NCBI GenBank assembly: GCA_963733035.1
Contig: CAVTBU010000005.1
Location: forward strand, 1,632,001 to 1,696,000
Reading direction: 5' to 3'
Length of the DNA: 64,000 bases
From: Pirellulales bacterium
Lineage (GTDB): Bacteria > Planctomycetota > Planctomycetia > Pirellulales > PALSA-1355
In this document: piece after piece, positions 1-9,907 of the stretch
How the letters are laid out: each line of letters opens with the position of its first letter
How positions within the stretch are numbered: the stretch's first letter is position 1
Program-made: the position numbers and the translations under genes
Notes under the pieces: generated by a model
Told to the model about the DNA's origin: nothing
Database searches by the model: none
Seen by the model: only the letters and a program-made list of their open reading frames with translations

Positions 1-3000
1 GTGCGAGACGCTCACGTTCCCGTGGATTCTGGCCAGGCGCCCATCGCCAATCGTCACGTGCCTCACCGGGTCTTCGAAGAGCGACGTGGTCAACTGGTTA
101 TTCGTCGCCGAGAGGACCATGTCCTCCTGCGCATGGATCTCGAGGGCGCCTAGTAACGTCGAGGCATCAAAGGTCAATAGTTTGCCGGCCACCGGGTCGT
201 TGCCGTTGACGAATGCCACGGTCTGGCTGAAGGTCGTGGTATCTTGCAGCCGATTGCCCAGGATCTGCACGCGATACGGGGGGGCCGCATCTTCCATGCG
301 GATTGTCACGCCGCCGTCGGTATCGGGATAAAAGTTGTCATTGCCGTTGTGCACTTCGATGCCCACGATGTTGACGTTCGTGGAGTCGACGGGTCGCACG
401 GTGCCGTCGACGGTTACGCGTCCGATGCCGACACCGGAGAGGTTGTTTACCTGGACCTGTCCACCGTGGAGTTTCAACAGCAGATCCTCGTCGGGATCCA
501 AACCCACCAGTTCCAGGTTTGCCCCGGGCTGGTTGCCATAGGCACCTTGCAAGACGTCGAGGTCGTAGTAGGTCGTGCTTTCGCCTTGATCGTTCAAAAT
601 GGGGACACCATTGGCGTCGACAAGCGTGAATAGATGCCGATTGACGAACATGGTATCGGGCACGGGTGTTGTCGGAGTATCCATCACGACGTGCGTGGGA
701 CTGACGCGCGTGGGAGCCAGGTTCCCCACGATCTGCACGTTTCCCAAGGAACTGAGATCGCCGATATCTAGCGTGCCGCCGTTTAAATTGAGTCCCAGCA
801 GTTGAGAGTGGTCGACGACGATGTTCGTCCGTTTGCCGGTCACCAAAAGATTGGTGCCAAAGGGGCGCAGCACGAGACTGTCGTCGTCGTTGTTGGGGAC
901 GTCAGTTCGTTCGAAGAGCACCGTGTTGCGCGTGCCGCCATTGGTAAGCACGTGACCCTGCTCGGGATTGTCGGTGGAATACTTGAGCGCGACCTTGTAT
1001 TCGTTGATGGTCGGGCCACCGATGAACGTCGTCGAGCTACCGCCTTCGAGCAAGTTGGTGCCAATGCCGCCGATCAGAATATCGTGAGCGTCTGCCGCGG
1101 AAAGAAAGTCGCCATGAGGGCCGTGCATCAACGGCTCACCGGCCTGGGAGACTTGCGCGTTAATCAGCCCCACCACTTCCGGCGGCAACCCGCTGTAGTC
1201 GATATAGCCCGTCTGACCAACGTCAATGCGGTCGCCGAACGCCGTGACGCTCGCGGCGTTCGGGTTGGTCGATTGGAGGATGTCGTCACCGCCAGCGCCG
1301 ATCAGGATCGCCCTGCCAGCTCCTTGATACTCGAGTGCGTCGTTACCCGATCCACCGATCAATACTGCGTTGACGGGAAAGTCCTGGCCTTCCCAAGTCA
1401 AGTCATCGACGATGATCGTCTGGTCGCCAACCTCCTCGTCCTGTACGAGTTGTGGCGGGAATGAGTTGTCAAAGTGATATGCCCGGTCGGTCGCGATCAG
1501 GTCGTAGTCGGCGATGTGGGCAATGAGATCTCCCAAAACCGGATCATGGAAATAGTGGGCGACCGGAAACACCTCTTTGTGATCCGGATATTCCACGAGG
1601 ATGGCTTTGGTGTAGGCCTTAGGATCTTCCGGGTCGGGAGCGGAGAACTGCGTCATCCGCACGTAAATCTTCTCGTTTGTGGCCGACTTGTGGACGTAGA
1701 TCGTATGCCCATCCGACGTCGGCGGACCGTTCTCCGTCCCGCCGAAATCGACGATGTTCAGATGCCCTAAGTTGACGTGTGCCAGCGTAATATCGCCCCA
1801 GAACGTTGGAATGATCACGCTTAGATCCGCGGTGATGTACAGACTTCCGCCGGCACTAAATGGATTGTCGCCGTGTTCAATCTGTTGTTCCAAAGCGCTC
1901 AATCGCACGCGCTGTTGGGCATCGTTCAAATTGGGATCCAAATGAAGATTGACGTCGGCGTGCAAACCACCGCTAACCAATAGAATCGCCGCCCGCGCTT
2001 CCAAGTCCAAGCCACCCATGACGTCAATGCTGGTGGCGTAGTGATCGTAATTGTTTCCCTTCTGATCCTGGACAACACTCTTGGTGTTGTCGATGTAGAA
2101 ACCGTCCAGGACATGCTCGAACACGTGGTCCGGGTCGTTTACCGCCGCACGCAAACCCGACGTGTCGTATCCGAAGCCAAAGCTCAGGTTGAATGCGGCG
2201 CTGGGGTGCAAAAACAAACCGGCAAAGGGTGGAATGCCGAAAAGCGGAATCGGCGGCAAGTCGAGCGGGACATTGAGGCCAACCTGGAATTGAAACAGCG
2301 TGACGTTGTCGTGGCCCGTCAGCATCTGGAATACTGTGCCGGCGGGGTCTTCTAGCAGAGGAAAGTCCAACTGGGAGTACGTGCCCAACGCCGGATGAAC
2401 CAACGGTGCGCCATTGCCATCCCACTGGGTTTTTCCCGCTTGTCGCAAACCATTGGCATCGAGCGTGAAAGCATCCGTAATGGGAATGTCACCGCTATTC
2501 AGTTGGTCCACATCGAGCGTGTTGACGTAATTGATGAGCTCAAGAAAATCGCGACTGCCTGGACTTACCTGTTCAAGCAGGTCCGCCACGCTAAAATCCA
2601 CTCCCAGGTCGCTCAGCCCCGGAATGTTCGTCAGCGCAAAGTCGACGATCGGTTGAATGGGCTTCGTGAATGCCTGCACATCTTCGACGACGGTCCGCAC
2701 GAAGCCTCCGTCGCCAAACAGGCTGTCGGCCTGGAACACCAGTGCGTCGAATTGCACGTTGCTCAGCACGCCGAAACTGTCGGCGCTTAACCCCGCGGCC
2801 AATAGCTGGTTGTCCAGATGCCAGTCAAAATGAAAACCGCCCGTAATTCTCGGGTTGAACGGCAGGCCGACCGGGCCGAAATCGAGCGACATGCCCGCCA
2901 CGCCGATGTGGCTATCCGCCGAAAAACTGGCCGACGTTTGCAGATTGGGGTTCACGTCGGCCAGCAACGTGCTACTGAAAAAGCTGTCGGCTGAAAGCGA

Positions 3001-3747
3001 GCCTTGAATATGCAACAGCGCCGCAAGGGTACCGTCGAGCTGCAAACCGCTCAAACCGCCGGCGCCCATCGGCGTGGCCACTGTCAGTGCCAGATCCTGA
3101 TTGGGGAATTGGGCGAGACTCGCCGACTGCAGAGCCAGTGTGCCGCTGCCGTCGAAGGTGAACTTCAGTTCATAGTCCAGGTCCAGATTCAGATCGATCG
3201 AGCCAGTCTGCTGCAACGTAAAGTAATCGCCCAACCCAATTGCAAACTGCGGATGCAGTGTGGAGAGCAAGCCAGACTGTTGCAGCAGGATTTCAAACTG
3301 CCAACTGCCGTCAGCATTTTTTTGCACCAGGACGTCCTTGCCGCCTCCTGGGATATAGTCGCCGACAAACGACTGGCTGAGCAGTGCCTGTCGAACGGCG
3401 TCTTCGGCACCGGGATCGGATGCCGGCAGTCCGATGGATTGAAAGACGTCGGCCAAGCTGCTTCCCGTGTCGCTGACAATTTGAGCGACGTTGCCGATTT
3501 GCTGCCCAACCACAGGCATCAGCGGCGCCAGATTCAGCGAGTCGGCAATCTGCGATTCGACGTCGGTCAGTTTGTTGCGCAAGGACGACGCCAGGTTGCC
3601 GAAGTCGATGTCGCCAGCCAACATACGCCGACTTTCGAGTATTTCGACCAGGGAACGCCGCCAGCGCGGATCGCGTGTGCCTAGACGGAGGGAGCGGGTC
3701 AGCTGTCGAGGGCGACGTCGAGGGGCCTTCCCGCCAGAGCGCTTCAT
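1..3747 (-). CDS. Large secreted/surface protein (>1249 aa, runs off the left edge) with planctomycete LEPR-type export motif and a few RTX-like Gly/Asp repeats
   Basis: Hand translation from ATG at 3747: MKRSGGKAPRRRPRQLTRSLRLGTRDPRWRRSLVEILESRRMLAGDIDF... The frame appears open to base 1. Contains LIGGSGNDAL, LIGAGGDDIL and LIGGIGTNLL. Not in the ORF track because the stop lies outside the window. Confidence 0.85.
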   Translation of the reverse strand, partial: MKRSGGKAPRRRPRQLTRSLRLGTRDPRWRRSLVEILESRRMLAGDIDFGNLASSLRNKLTDVESQIADSLNLAPLMPVVGQQIGNVAQIVSDTGSSLADVFQSIGLPASDPGAEDAVRQALLSQSFVGDYIPGGGKDVLVQKNADGSWQFEILLQQSGLLSTLHPQFAIGLGDYFTLQQTGSIDLNLDLDYELKFTFDGSGTLALQSASLAQFPNQDLALTVATPMGAGGLSGLQLDGTLAALLHIQGSLSADSFFSSTLLADVNPNLQTSASFSADSHIGVAGMSLDFGPVGLPFNPRITGGFHFDWHLDNQLLAAGLSADSFGVLSNVQFDALVFQADSLFGDGGFVRTVVEDVQAFTKPIQPIVDFALTNIPGLSDLGVDFSVADLLEQVSPGSRDFLELINYVNTLDVDQLNSGDIPITDAFTLDANGLRQAGKTQWDGNGAPLVHPALGTYSQLDFPLLEDPAGTVFQMLTGHDNVTLFQFQVGLNVPLDLPPIPLFGIPPFAGLFLHPSAAFNLSFGFGYDTSGLRAAVNDPDHVFEHVLDGFYIDNTKSVVQDQKGNNYDHYATSIDVMGGLDLEARAAILLVSGGLHADVNLHLDPNLNDAQQRVRLSALEQQIEHGDNPFSAGGSLYITADLSVIIPTFWGDITLAHVNLGHLNIVDFGGTENGPPTSDGHTIYVHKSATNEKIYVRMTQFSAPDPEDPKAYTKAILVEYPDHKEVFPVAHYFHDPVLGDLIAHIADYDLIATDRAYHFDNSFPPQLVQDEEVGDQTIIVDDLTWEGQDFPVNAVLIGGSGNDALEYQGAGRAILIGAGGDDILQSTNPNAASVTAFGDRIDVGQTGYIDYSGLPPEVVGLINAQVSQAGEPLMHGPHGDFLSAADAHDILIGGIGTNLLEGGSSTTFIGGPTINEYKVALKYSTDNPEQGHVLTNGGTRNTVLFERTDVPNNDDDSLVLRPFGTNLLVTGKRTNIVVDHSQLLGLNLNGGTLDIGDLSSLGNVQIVGNLAPTRVSPTHVVMDTPTTPVPDTMFVNRHLFTLVDANGVPILNDQGESTTYYDLDVLQGAYGNQPGANLELVGLDPDEDLLLKLHGGQVQVNNLSGVGIGRVTVDGTVRPVDSTNVNIVGIEVHNGNDNFYPDTDGGVTIRMEDAAPPYRVQILGNRLQDTTTFSQTVAFVNGNDPVAGKLLTFDASTLLGALEIHAQEDMVLSATNNQLTTSLFEDPVRHVTIGDGRLARIHGNVSVSH

Positions 3748-3907
3748 GGTTGCAGCCCCATTTCCTAGTGACCGTCGCTCTGCTGGCAGACCAGCCAAGT
3801 CGCGCGGTGATGCCGGGTCGTTTTGATCGCCTTACCGTGGCTCTTGCGAACAGCTACAGCCTATCGCGGCACTTCGCGCGCATCGCGATACCACCCACTG
3901 CCCAAAG

Positions 3908-3934
3908 AATTGCCGTGGGCACAAGCCGCGGACA
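3908..3934 (-). promoter_or_regulatory. Putative ECF-sigma promoter, copy 1 (TGTCCGC-N11-ACGGCAATT)
   Basis: Minus strand reads tgtccgc-ggcttgtgccc-acggcaatt, about 160 nt upstream of ATG 3747. Same boxes and spacing as at 5418-5444. Confidence 0.7.
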
Positions 3935-3985
3935 AGAAATTACGGGAATTCCGAAGAAGTGGCTGTACGCGAGAACGTTTTGCTC

Positions 3986-5239
3986 CTAGGCCAACGTCCG
4001 GGAGATCCGCAGCCGTGCGCGCCGCGAACACCCGCACACAACAGCGACACCAAGAACAAGCAATCCCATCGTGGAGGGTTCAGGAACAACGGACACGCCC
4101 AATTCAAAGGGCGAGAAGTTGTCGGTGGTGTAGCTGATTGTGTGATCCGCCGTATTCACAACGCCGCCGAATTGCCACTCGCCAACGAACGTGTTGTAGT
4201 GCCAGATTCCTAGTTGCGACTCATCGATGCCGCCGGGCAGCAGCAGAGGGTCATAGTGGAACGTCAAAGTCACGCTGGTGCCGTTCAGGTCGCCGCTGTA
4301 TTGCACGTCCCAGATTTGCGGCGCCACGGAGAAGTCTTGAGCCGAAAGCGCGAACAGAGGATTTGCACTGCCTGCTGCCAGCGCATCGTTGGCAAGTCCG
4401 GCTGCGGGAATCTGTTGCGCGCTGAACTCGCCGGCTCCAGCGAACTCGTTGAAGGTCGCGCTCACGCCGCCGGTCTGCGTTGCTCCGCCGAGGACATCGA
4501 TGTCGGTGAAGAAGAACGGATCGATCACCGCGACGTTGTCGGCACCAAACTGTGCGGTGGCTACGATCGCGCCGTCATAGTTCAAGGTCTGCCCCTCGGT
4601 CGTGATGCCGGGCCCGAACACCGTCGATGTGTACGCGTAGTGCAGATTCATCACGAGCCGCCACGAGCCCGGCGCGACTTGCGTAAGGGAGGACGTGCCG
4701 CTATCGAGGTAGTCGCCGATGCCCGCGGCAGAGAACGTTCGACTACCCAGGTTGGCGTTTTCGACGTCTTCGCTGCCGGAAAGCGTCGCGAAATGCACGC
4801 CGCTCGAGGCGAACTCTCCTGCCGCGTTCACGGGTACCGACCCGGAGGACCAGTCCCAACTCAAATCGCGCAAAGCGCTGGTGGACGTGCCGGCCGCGTT
4901 ACGCATGGCGAAATTCGCTGGCAGGTTCAAGGGTTGAAAGCTGGCCCCGCCGCCCGTCGGCTCGTAGGCCGACGAACCGTGACCCGCGAAGAACTGAATC
5001 GAGCCAGGAGTCGCCGAGCTGGCATCGAAGTCGACCAGGAAGTGGCCATCGACGGTCGTCGTATCGCTCCCGGGCGCCTGTGGAACGGCCTGGCCGTAAA
5101 GCGTGTCCTGACCGCTCAGCACGACACTCGACTGGGCGGGATCGACCGTCATAATGATGTGACTTGCCAACGCCGGCTGGACGAAACTCGGCATTGCGGC
5201 AACAAGGGCCCAAACGAGCCATTTTACAGTGTGTTTCAT
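3986..5239 (-). CDS. PEP-CTERM sorting-domain surface protein
   Basis: N-terminal signal peptide; C-terminal VPEPST + hydrophobic helix + RRARLR basic tail. Confidence 0.92.
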   Translation of the reverse strand: MKHTVKWLVWALVAAMPSFVQPALASHIIMTVDPAQSSVVLSGQDTLYGQAVPQAPGSDTTTVDGHFLVDFDASSATPGSIQFFAGHGSSAYEPTGGGASFQPLNLPANFAMRNAAGTSTSALRDLSWDWSSGSVPVNAAGEFASSGVHFATLSGSEDVENANLGSRTFSAAGIGDYLDSGTSSLTQVAPGSWRLVMNLHYAYTSTVFGPGITTEGQTLNYDGAIVATAQFGADNVAVIDPFFFTDIDVLGGATQTGGVSATFNEFAGAGEFSAQQIPAAGLANDALAAGSANPLFALSAQDFSVAPQIWDVQYSGDLNGTSVTLTFHYDPLLLPGGIDESQLGIWHYNTFVGEWQFGGVVNTADHTISYTTDNFSPFELGVSVVPEPSTMGLLVLGVAVVCGCSRRARLRISRTLA

Positions 5240-5417
5240 TAGGCAGTTCCTTTGTCAAAGCGGTGGTGGAACGCGTCCTAGGCCCCGTTTCGCGCTCCGG
5301 CTCGAAACCAACCGTTCGGCTTGGTCCTGTCGGTGCTGCAACGATCCAAGCGGCACCCCTGGTCGCTTGCCGCCCGGCCGGTCCAATGCGCGAAACCACT
5401 GGCCCTCAACAGACTAC

Positions 5418-5444
5418 AATTGCCGTCACGGCCGCAGGCGGACA
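5418..5444 (-). promoter_or_regulatory. Putative ECF-sigma promoter, copy 2 (TGTCCGC-N11-ACGGCAATT)
   Basis: Minus strand reads tgtccgc-ctgcggccgtg-acggcaatt, about 180 nt upstream of ATG 5239. Confidence 0.7.
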
Positions 5445-5698
5445 GATTCTTTGGAGAAATGTTTTGGAATCTCGGGTTCGCACATTGTGTCTGAGTTATT
5501 TAGTGCCTGGGTTTTTGCGCATGCTTGACGGTCGTCCCCGGTTGCGAATGACGTCCAACGGGGAGGCAAATCCTCAGAGACGCGGCTGGCACCTGTGGCT
5601 GTCGGCCGGACGGGGATCAGCTATTGCCGATAAAATTCGCAAGTGGCAAGTCGCGGAAGTAGAATGCAACCACGAGGTTCTATGGGACAACATCGGCA

Positions 5699-6289
5699 AT
5701 GCCTACGACAAATGACTTCTGCGAATTGATTGCACGTGTCCGTTGCGGCGATCCCGACGCGGCTTGCGACATCGTCCGCCGGTACGAGACGTCGGTTCGC
5801 GTTGCCGTGAGGACGCGACTATCGGATCCACGATTGCGCCGTCATTTCGATTCGATGGACGTTTGTCAATCCGTGCTTGCCAGCTTCTTTCTGCGTGCTG
5901 CAAGCGGCGCATTCGACCTGCACGATCCTCGCCAGCTCGTAGCCTTGCTGACCAAGATGGCCGAGAAGAAAGTGGCGATGCGCGCTCGGGCGCACCATCG
6001 CCAGCGCCGCGATATCCGGCGCACGAACGAGAAGACGAATCAATGCTCCACGATCCCGTCGTCGGCACCGGATGCCGTGCGACATGCGATTGGCAAAGAG
6101 CTTTTGGGCCAGGCGCTCAATATGATGACGAACGAAGAGCGCGCGATCGTCGAGCGACGCCTACTCGGAGAGAGCTGGTCGGAAATCGCGGCGGCCTTGG
6201 GCGGCTCGGCGGAAGCTCGCCGCAAACAATACGAGCGAGTGGTCGAAGTGATCGCGGACAGCTTGGATCTTGAATGTATCGAGGGGTAG
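5699..6289 (+). CDS. ECF-type RNA polymerase sigma factor (kinase-associated planctomycete type)
   Basis: 196 aa. Region 2 FDSMDVCQSVLASFF; region 4 HTH GESWSEIAAALGGSAEARRKQYER. Lies 6 nt upstream of a Ser/Thr kinase. Confidence 0.88.
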   Translation: MPTTNDFCELIARVRCGDPDAACDIVRRYETSVRVAVRTRLSDPRLRRHFDSMDVCQSVLASFFLRAASGAFDLHDPRQLVALLTKMAEKKVAMRARAHHRQRRDIRRTNEKTNQCSTIPSSAPDAVRHAIGKELLGQALNMMTNEERAIVERRLLGESWSEIAAALGGSAEARRKQYERVVEVIADSLDLECIEG

Positions 6290-6295
6290 AGCGTC

Positions 6296-9200
6296 GTGGC
6301 AACCTTCCGCGAATCGCACTCCACCGACATCGATTCCATTGACGCGGCGATCGCAGCCGTCCGGCATTTTTCCCGCCCGCATTGGCTCGATCTGGTGCGC
6401 CGCGACCAATGCGACCGCTGGCGAAGCGGCCAAGGTGTCTGGGCGGAAACCTATTTCGAATCTCTGCCCGAGTTGCGCGCCGTTTCTGAAGACGCATTGG
6501 TTCTGATTTGCGGAGAAGTGCACCTCCGCCGAGAGATTGGCGATGCTCCGGCGCTCGCCGAATACGAGCGACGCTTCCCGGAGCTTGCCGACGAGATTTC
6601 TGTACAGTTCGATCTCGACTGCGTGCTGGCCGACGGATCGTCACTCTCGCCCCAACGCCACGACCGTATTGAACCTTGGAATTTCGAACTACCGGGCTTC
6701 GAGATCGTCAATGAGCTCGGCCGAGGAGGTTCCGGCGTCGTCTATCTCGCGCGCCAGCTTTCGATTGATCGCTCGGTGGCGATCAAGGTAAGTTCGCTGT
6801 TGGCCATCAATCCGGGGCAACTGTGTCGGCAACGTCAAGAAGCGACGATTCTATCGCGAATTCAGCATCCGAACGTTGTGCAAATCTATGACTTAGTAGA
6901 GCACGGGGGGATCCTGTGCGCCATCATCGAGTACGTCGATGGCTCGACGCTGGACGAATATACTGGTGGCAAACCACTACCGGCACTAAAGGCGGCGCGC
7001 CTGGTCCGCGTCTTGGCCGAAGCCGTGCATTTCGTGCACGAGGCCGGCGTACTGCACCGGGACATCAAGCCTTCGAACATCTTGATGACCTTGCAGGGAC
7101 AGCCAAAGATCACCGACTTCGGGTTGGCGAAGTTCGTGGAAGGTCAGCCAAGCCTGACCGAAGCGGGCCAGGTCATCGGCACACCCAGTTTCATGCCGCC
7201 GGAACAGGCGGTCGGCACGTTGGATGATGTTGGCCGCCCGTCCGACGTGTATTCCCTTGGGGCAGTCCTCTATGCGATGCTCACTGGCCGTCCACCGTTC
7301 CAGGCTGCGGCGACACTCGACACTTTAAGACAAGTATTGGAGCAGGATCCCATTCCACCGCGCCACTTGGATTCGTCCCTGCCCCAGGATCTCGAAACGA
7401 TCGCAATGAAGTGTCTGGAGAAGAGCCCCGCCAGGAGATATCAATCGGCGCAAGCGCTGGCCGACGATCTGCGGCGTTTCGAACTGGGCGAACCCGTTCT
7501 AGCGCATCCCGTGTCACCTCGGGAGCGAGCGTGGCGTTGGGCCAAACGAAATCGGCTCACGGCTGGGCTCAGTAGCGCGGTGCTGTTCTTGTTGATTACC
7601 GTCACGATCACTGCCGTCGTCGCAGCATTCGCGATCGACTCGCTGCGCCAGGAGGCGGTGTTCCAAAAAGAACGCGCCATTGCCAACCTCCAGGAAGCGC
7701 GCAGCGAGCGGGCCCGCGCCGAGCAAAACCTGGACTACGGTCGCCAGGCGGTCAACCAACTTGCCGAGAGCTACGCCTTGTTGGGCAACCAGCAGCCGGG
7801 ACTCGATCAGCGACTGCAATGGTATGAACAGGCACACTCGCTGCTAGAGGATTTGGCGCGCGAGAGTCCTGCAAATCTCAAATTCCTCACTCAACTCGCC
7901 GCCAGCTATGGGCGACTGGGACTCTTGCACGCCCAATCACGGCACAGTTCGCAGGCTCGTGACGCGCTGCATCAGGCCGTCGACATTCTCGAAAAGATAT
8001 GCGAGGAGTTTCCCCAAGTGCAAGAATATCAGCGCGATGTTGCGCAGACTTACAATCTGTTGGGCAAGCAGTATCGAATGGATAACGAGTACGAGGCCGC
8101 ACAGAACATGCTCGCCCGGGCGTGCAACGCCCAAGAACGACTGCTGTCCATTTCAAAAACACCCGTCGTCGAATGGCAGCGCGATCTCGGGGTCTTCTAT
8201 TCCGATTTGGGTCACGCGCAATGCGATGCGGGAAACACGTCAGGAGGAAGGAAATCGTACGATAAAGCCCGAGTCATCTTAGAACCGCTCGCGGCCGCTC
8301 ATATGGATGATGCAGTACTGCAGGAAACGTTGGCGGATTTCTACTGCACGATTGGCACATCCGAAGCCTCGGATGATCCGCAGTTGCTGCTGTCGCGGGC
8401 GACAAGCATTCTCGAATCGCTCATTACGGCCCATCCGGATCGCCCGCGCTACCGAGCGGATTTGGCGCGAGTGCTCACTCGGTCGCTATTCATGCAAGAC
8501 GACTTCGAAAAGGCTCTTGCCATGCAGAATGAGCGACGCGCGCTGTGGCAGCAACTTAGCCGTGAGCAACCGGACGATGCCGAGATTCGATACTCGCTGG
8601 CGTGGTGTTTGTTCGATGACGCCCGATTGTTGCGAGGGGAAGGGCAATCACGAGAGGCGCTTTCCGCGCTCGATCGAGCCGTCACGATTGTGGACTACTC
8701 CGATGATATCGAACTCAACGATCGAGATTCGGAATTCGTGGCGCGACTATTGGCAGACCGCGCGCGGCTGCAACTACAGCTTGGCGACGTGAGCGCCTAT
8801 CGACAGACCTGTCGCGCACTGGTCGAACAATGCCGCCGACGGAACTGCGTTGCGTTCGGACCGCTGCGTGTTTGTCTGCTAATGTCCGATGCAACGGATG
8901 ACCCGGCTGAGCTCGTAGCGCTGTCGAAAGACGCAGTGACGCGGGGGTCAACTTCCCTGAGAAAACGCGCAAATGTGGGCGGCGCGTTGTACCGGGCCGG
9001 TCAATATGAAGAAGCAATTGAAGTATTGCGTGCGGTCGAGCAGTCTAACCGTATAGCTCTACTCGCTCGACTCGGAACAGCTGAAGTTGTGAAGGCGGAC
9101 AATGCTCGTGTGGAATTGTTTCTAGCAATGGCCAATGCCCAGTTGCAACGAATCGACGAGGCATGTCTGTGGCTAAAGAAAGCTCTCACGTGGATCGATG

Positions 9201-9445
9201 GGAAGGGGACAAGTTTTGCGCCGTCAGCACACCACGTTTACGAGGAACGAACGGAAACAGCCGGCGATGTCCATAGCAAGCAATCCGGGGATGAAGACAA
9301 CCTTGTGGAAATCACGTCTGGGGTACTTAGGAACCGTCCTGGCCAACTTGAACTCGCCGATCGTATGTTCTTGGCAGACATTCTTTGTGAGCTCCAGATG
9401 CTTCGCGACGAAGCCGAGCAAATGATTGATCGCGCATCTCATTGA
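6296..9445 (+). CDS. Hanks-type Ser/Thr protein kinase with TM helix and C-terminal TPR-like repeats
   Basis: GRGGSGVV, VAIK, HRDIKPSN, DFGLAK and GTPSFMPPE motifs are intact; TM segment LSSAVLFLLITVTITAVVAAFAI; helical repeats follow. Confidence 0.95.
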   Translation: MATFRESHSTDIDSIDAAIAAVRHFSRPHWLDLVRRDQCDRWRSGQGVWAETYFESLPELRAVSEDALVLICGEVHLRREIGDAPALAEYERRFPELADEISVQFDLDCVLADGSSLSPQRHDRIEPWNFELPGFEIVNELGRGGSGVVYLARQLSIDRSVAIKVSSLLAINPGQLCRQRQEATILSRIQHPNVVQIYDLVEHGGILCAIIEYVDGSTLDEYTGGKPLPALKAARLVRVLAEAVHFVHEAGVLHRDIKPSNILMTLQGQPKITDFGLAKFVEGQPSLTEAGQVIGTPSFMPPEQAVGTLDDVGRPSDVYSLGAVLYAMLTGRPPFQAAATLDTLRQVLEQDPIPPRHLDSSLPQDLETIAMKCLEKSPARRYQSAQALADDLRRFELGEPVLAHPVSPRERAWRWAKRNRLTAGLSSAVLFLLITVTITAVVAAFAIDSLRQEAVFQKERAIANLQEARSERARAEQNLDYGRQAVNQLAESYALLGNQQPGLDQRLQWYEQAHSLLEDLARESPANLKFLTQLAASYGRLGLLHAQSRHSSQARDALHQAVDILEKICEEFPQVQEYQRDVAQTYNLLGKQYRMDNEYEAAQNMLARACNAQERLLSISKTPVVEWQRDLGVFYSDLGHAQCDAGNTSGGRKSYDKARVILEPLAAAHMDDAVLQETLADFYCTIGTSEASDDPQLLLSRATSILESLITAHPDRPRYRADLARVLTRSLFMQDDFEKALAMQNERRALWQQLSREQPDDAEIRYSLAWCLFDDARLLRGEGQSREALSALDRAVTIVDYSDDIELNDRDSEFVARLLADRARLQLQLGDVSAYRQTCRALVEQCRRRNCVAFGPLRVCLLMSDATDDPAELVALSKDAVTRGSTSLRKRANVGGALYRAGQYEEAIEVLRAVEQSNRIALLARLGTAEVVKADNARVELFLAMANAQLQRIDEACLWLKKALTWIDGKGTSFAPSAHHVYEERTETAGDVHSKQSGDEDNLVEITSGVLRNRPGQLELADRMFLADILCELQMLRDEAEQMIDRASH

Positions 9446-9730
9446 CGGGCCGTGTAATAATTCGGCACGGGCTCTGGTCCGATACTTCCTTCTTCTTTTG
9501 CGGCTTCTGCAGCAGTTCATGATGACTCGATCGGCATGAAGTTCGGGCTGGCGTGCAACGCATCGGATCAACTACCTAATGGATCGATTTTGGGGACAGA
9601 ATGGGGATAAAAAGTGCCATCTAAAGCCCACTCGTCCAAAATTCAAATCGCTGTGATTCTCATTCCAGAGGCTTGGGACCAACACAATTGCGACGCAAAT
9701 CGTTTGCCATCGCCATGCAGGTGCTTTACC

Positions 9731-9782
9731 TTGAGGGCCTAGTGGTAGTAATACCGTGCAGGTTCAAGTCCTGTTTCCCGCA
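9731..9782 (+). mobile_element. 3' fragment of tRNA-Leu(GAG), att-site-like duplication
   Basis: TTGAGGG anticodon loop, CCTAG, variable arm GGTA-GTAA-TACC, T-arm GCAGG-TTCAAGT-CCTGT and acceptor strand TTCCCGC-A. No D-arm or complementary 5' acceptor strand (GCGGGAA) upstream. Confidence 0.8.
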
Positions 9783-9907
9783 CTCTTCACGTAGGTCACG
9801 CCGAAATCGCAACGTCGATTACCTGCCGGCGAACTGGCAGTGCCGCCCGTTGAATCCGAGCCAAAACGGTAAGTACCGTTTTGCGATCCTTCAACCGGAG
9901 TTCGCAC

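Noticed and set aside
86..3989. Many plus-strand ORFs over the first 4 kb
   Set aside because: Antisense shadows of the long minus-strand gene; their peptides look non-protein-like.
5240..5417. Riboswitch in the long PEP-CTERM leader (GTTTCGCGC...GCGCGAAAC stem)
   Set aside because: No recognisable riboswitch consensus; the structure is not shared with the other leader, and such stems are common in GC-rich DNA.
9673..9790. Intact tRNA-Leu gene
   Set aside because: No D-arm, no 5' acceptor strand and an unpaired anticodon stem; treated as an att-like fragment.
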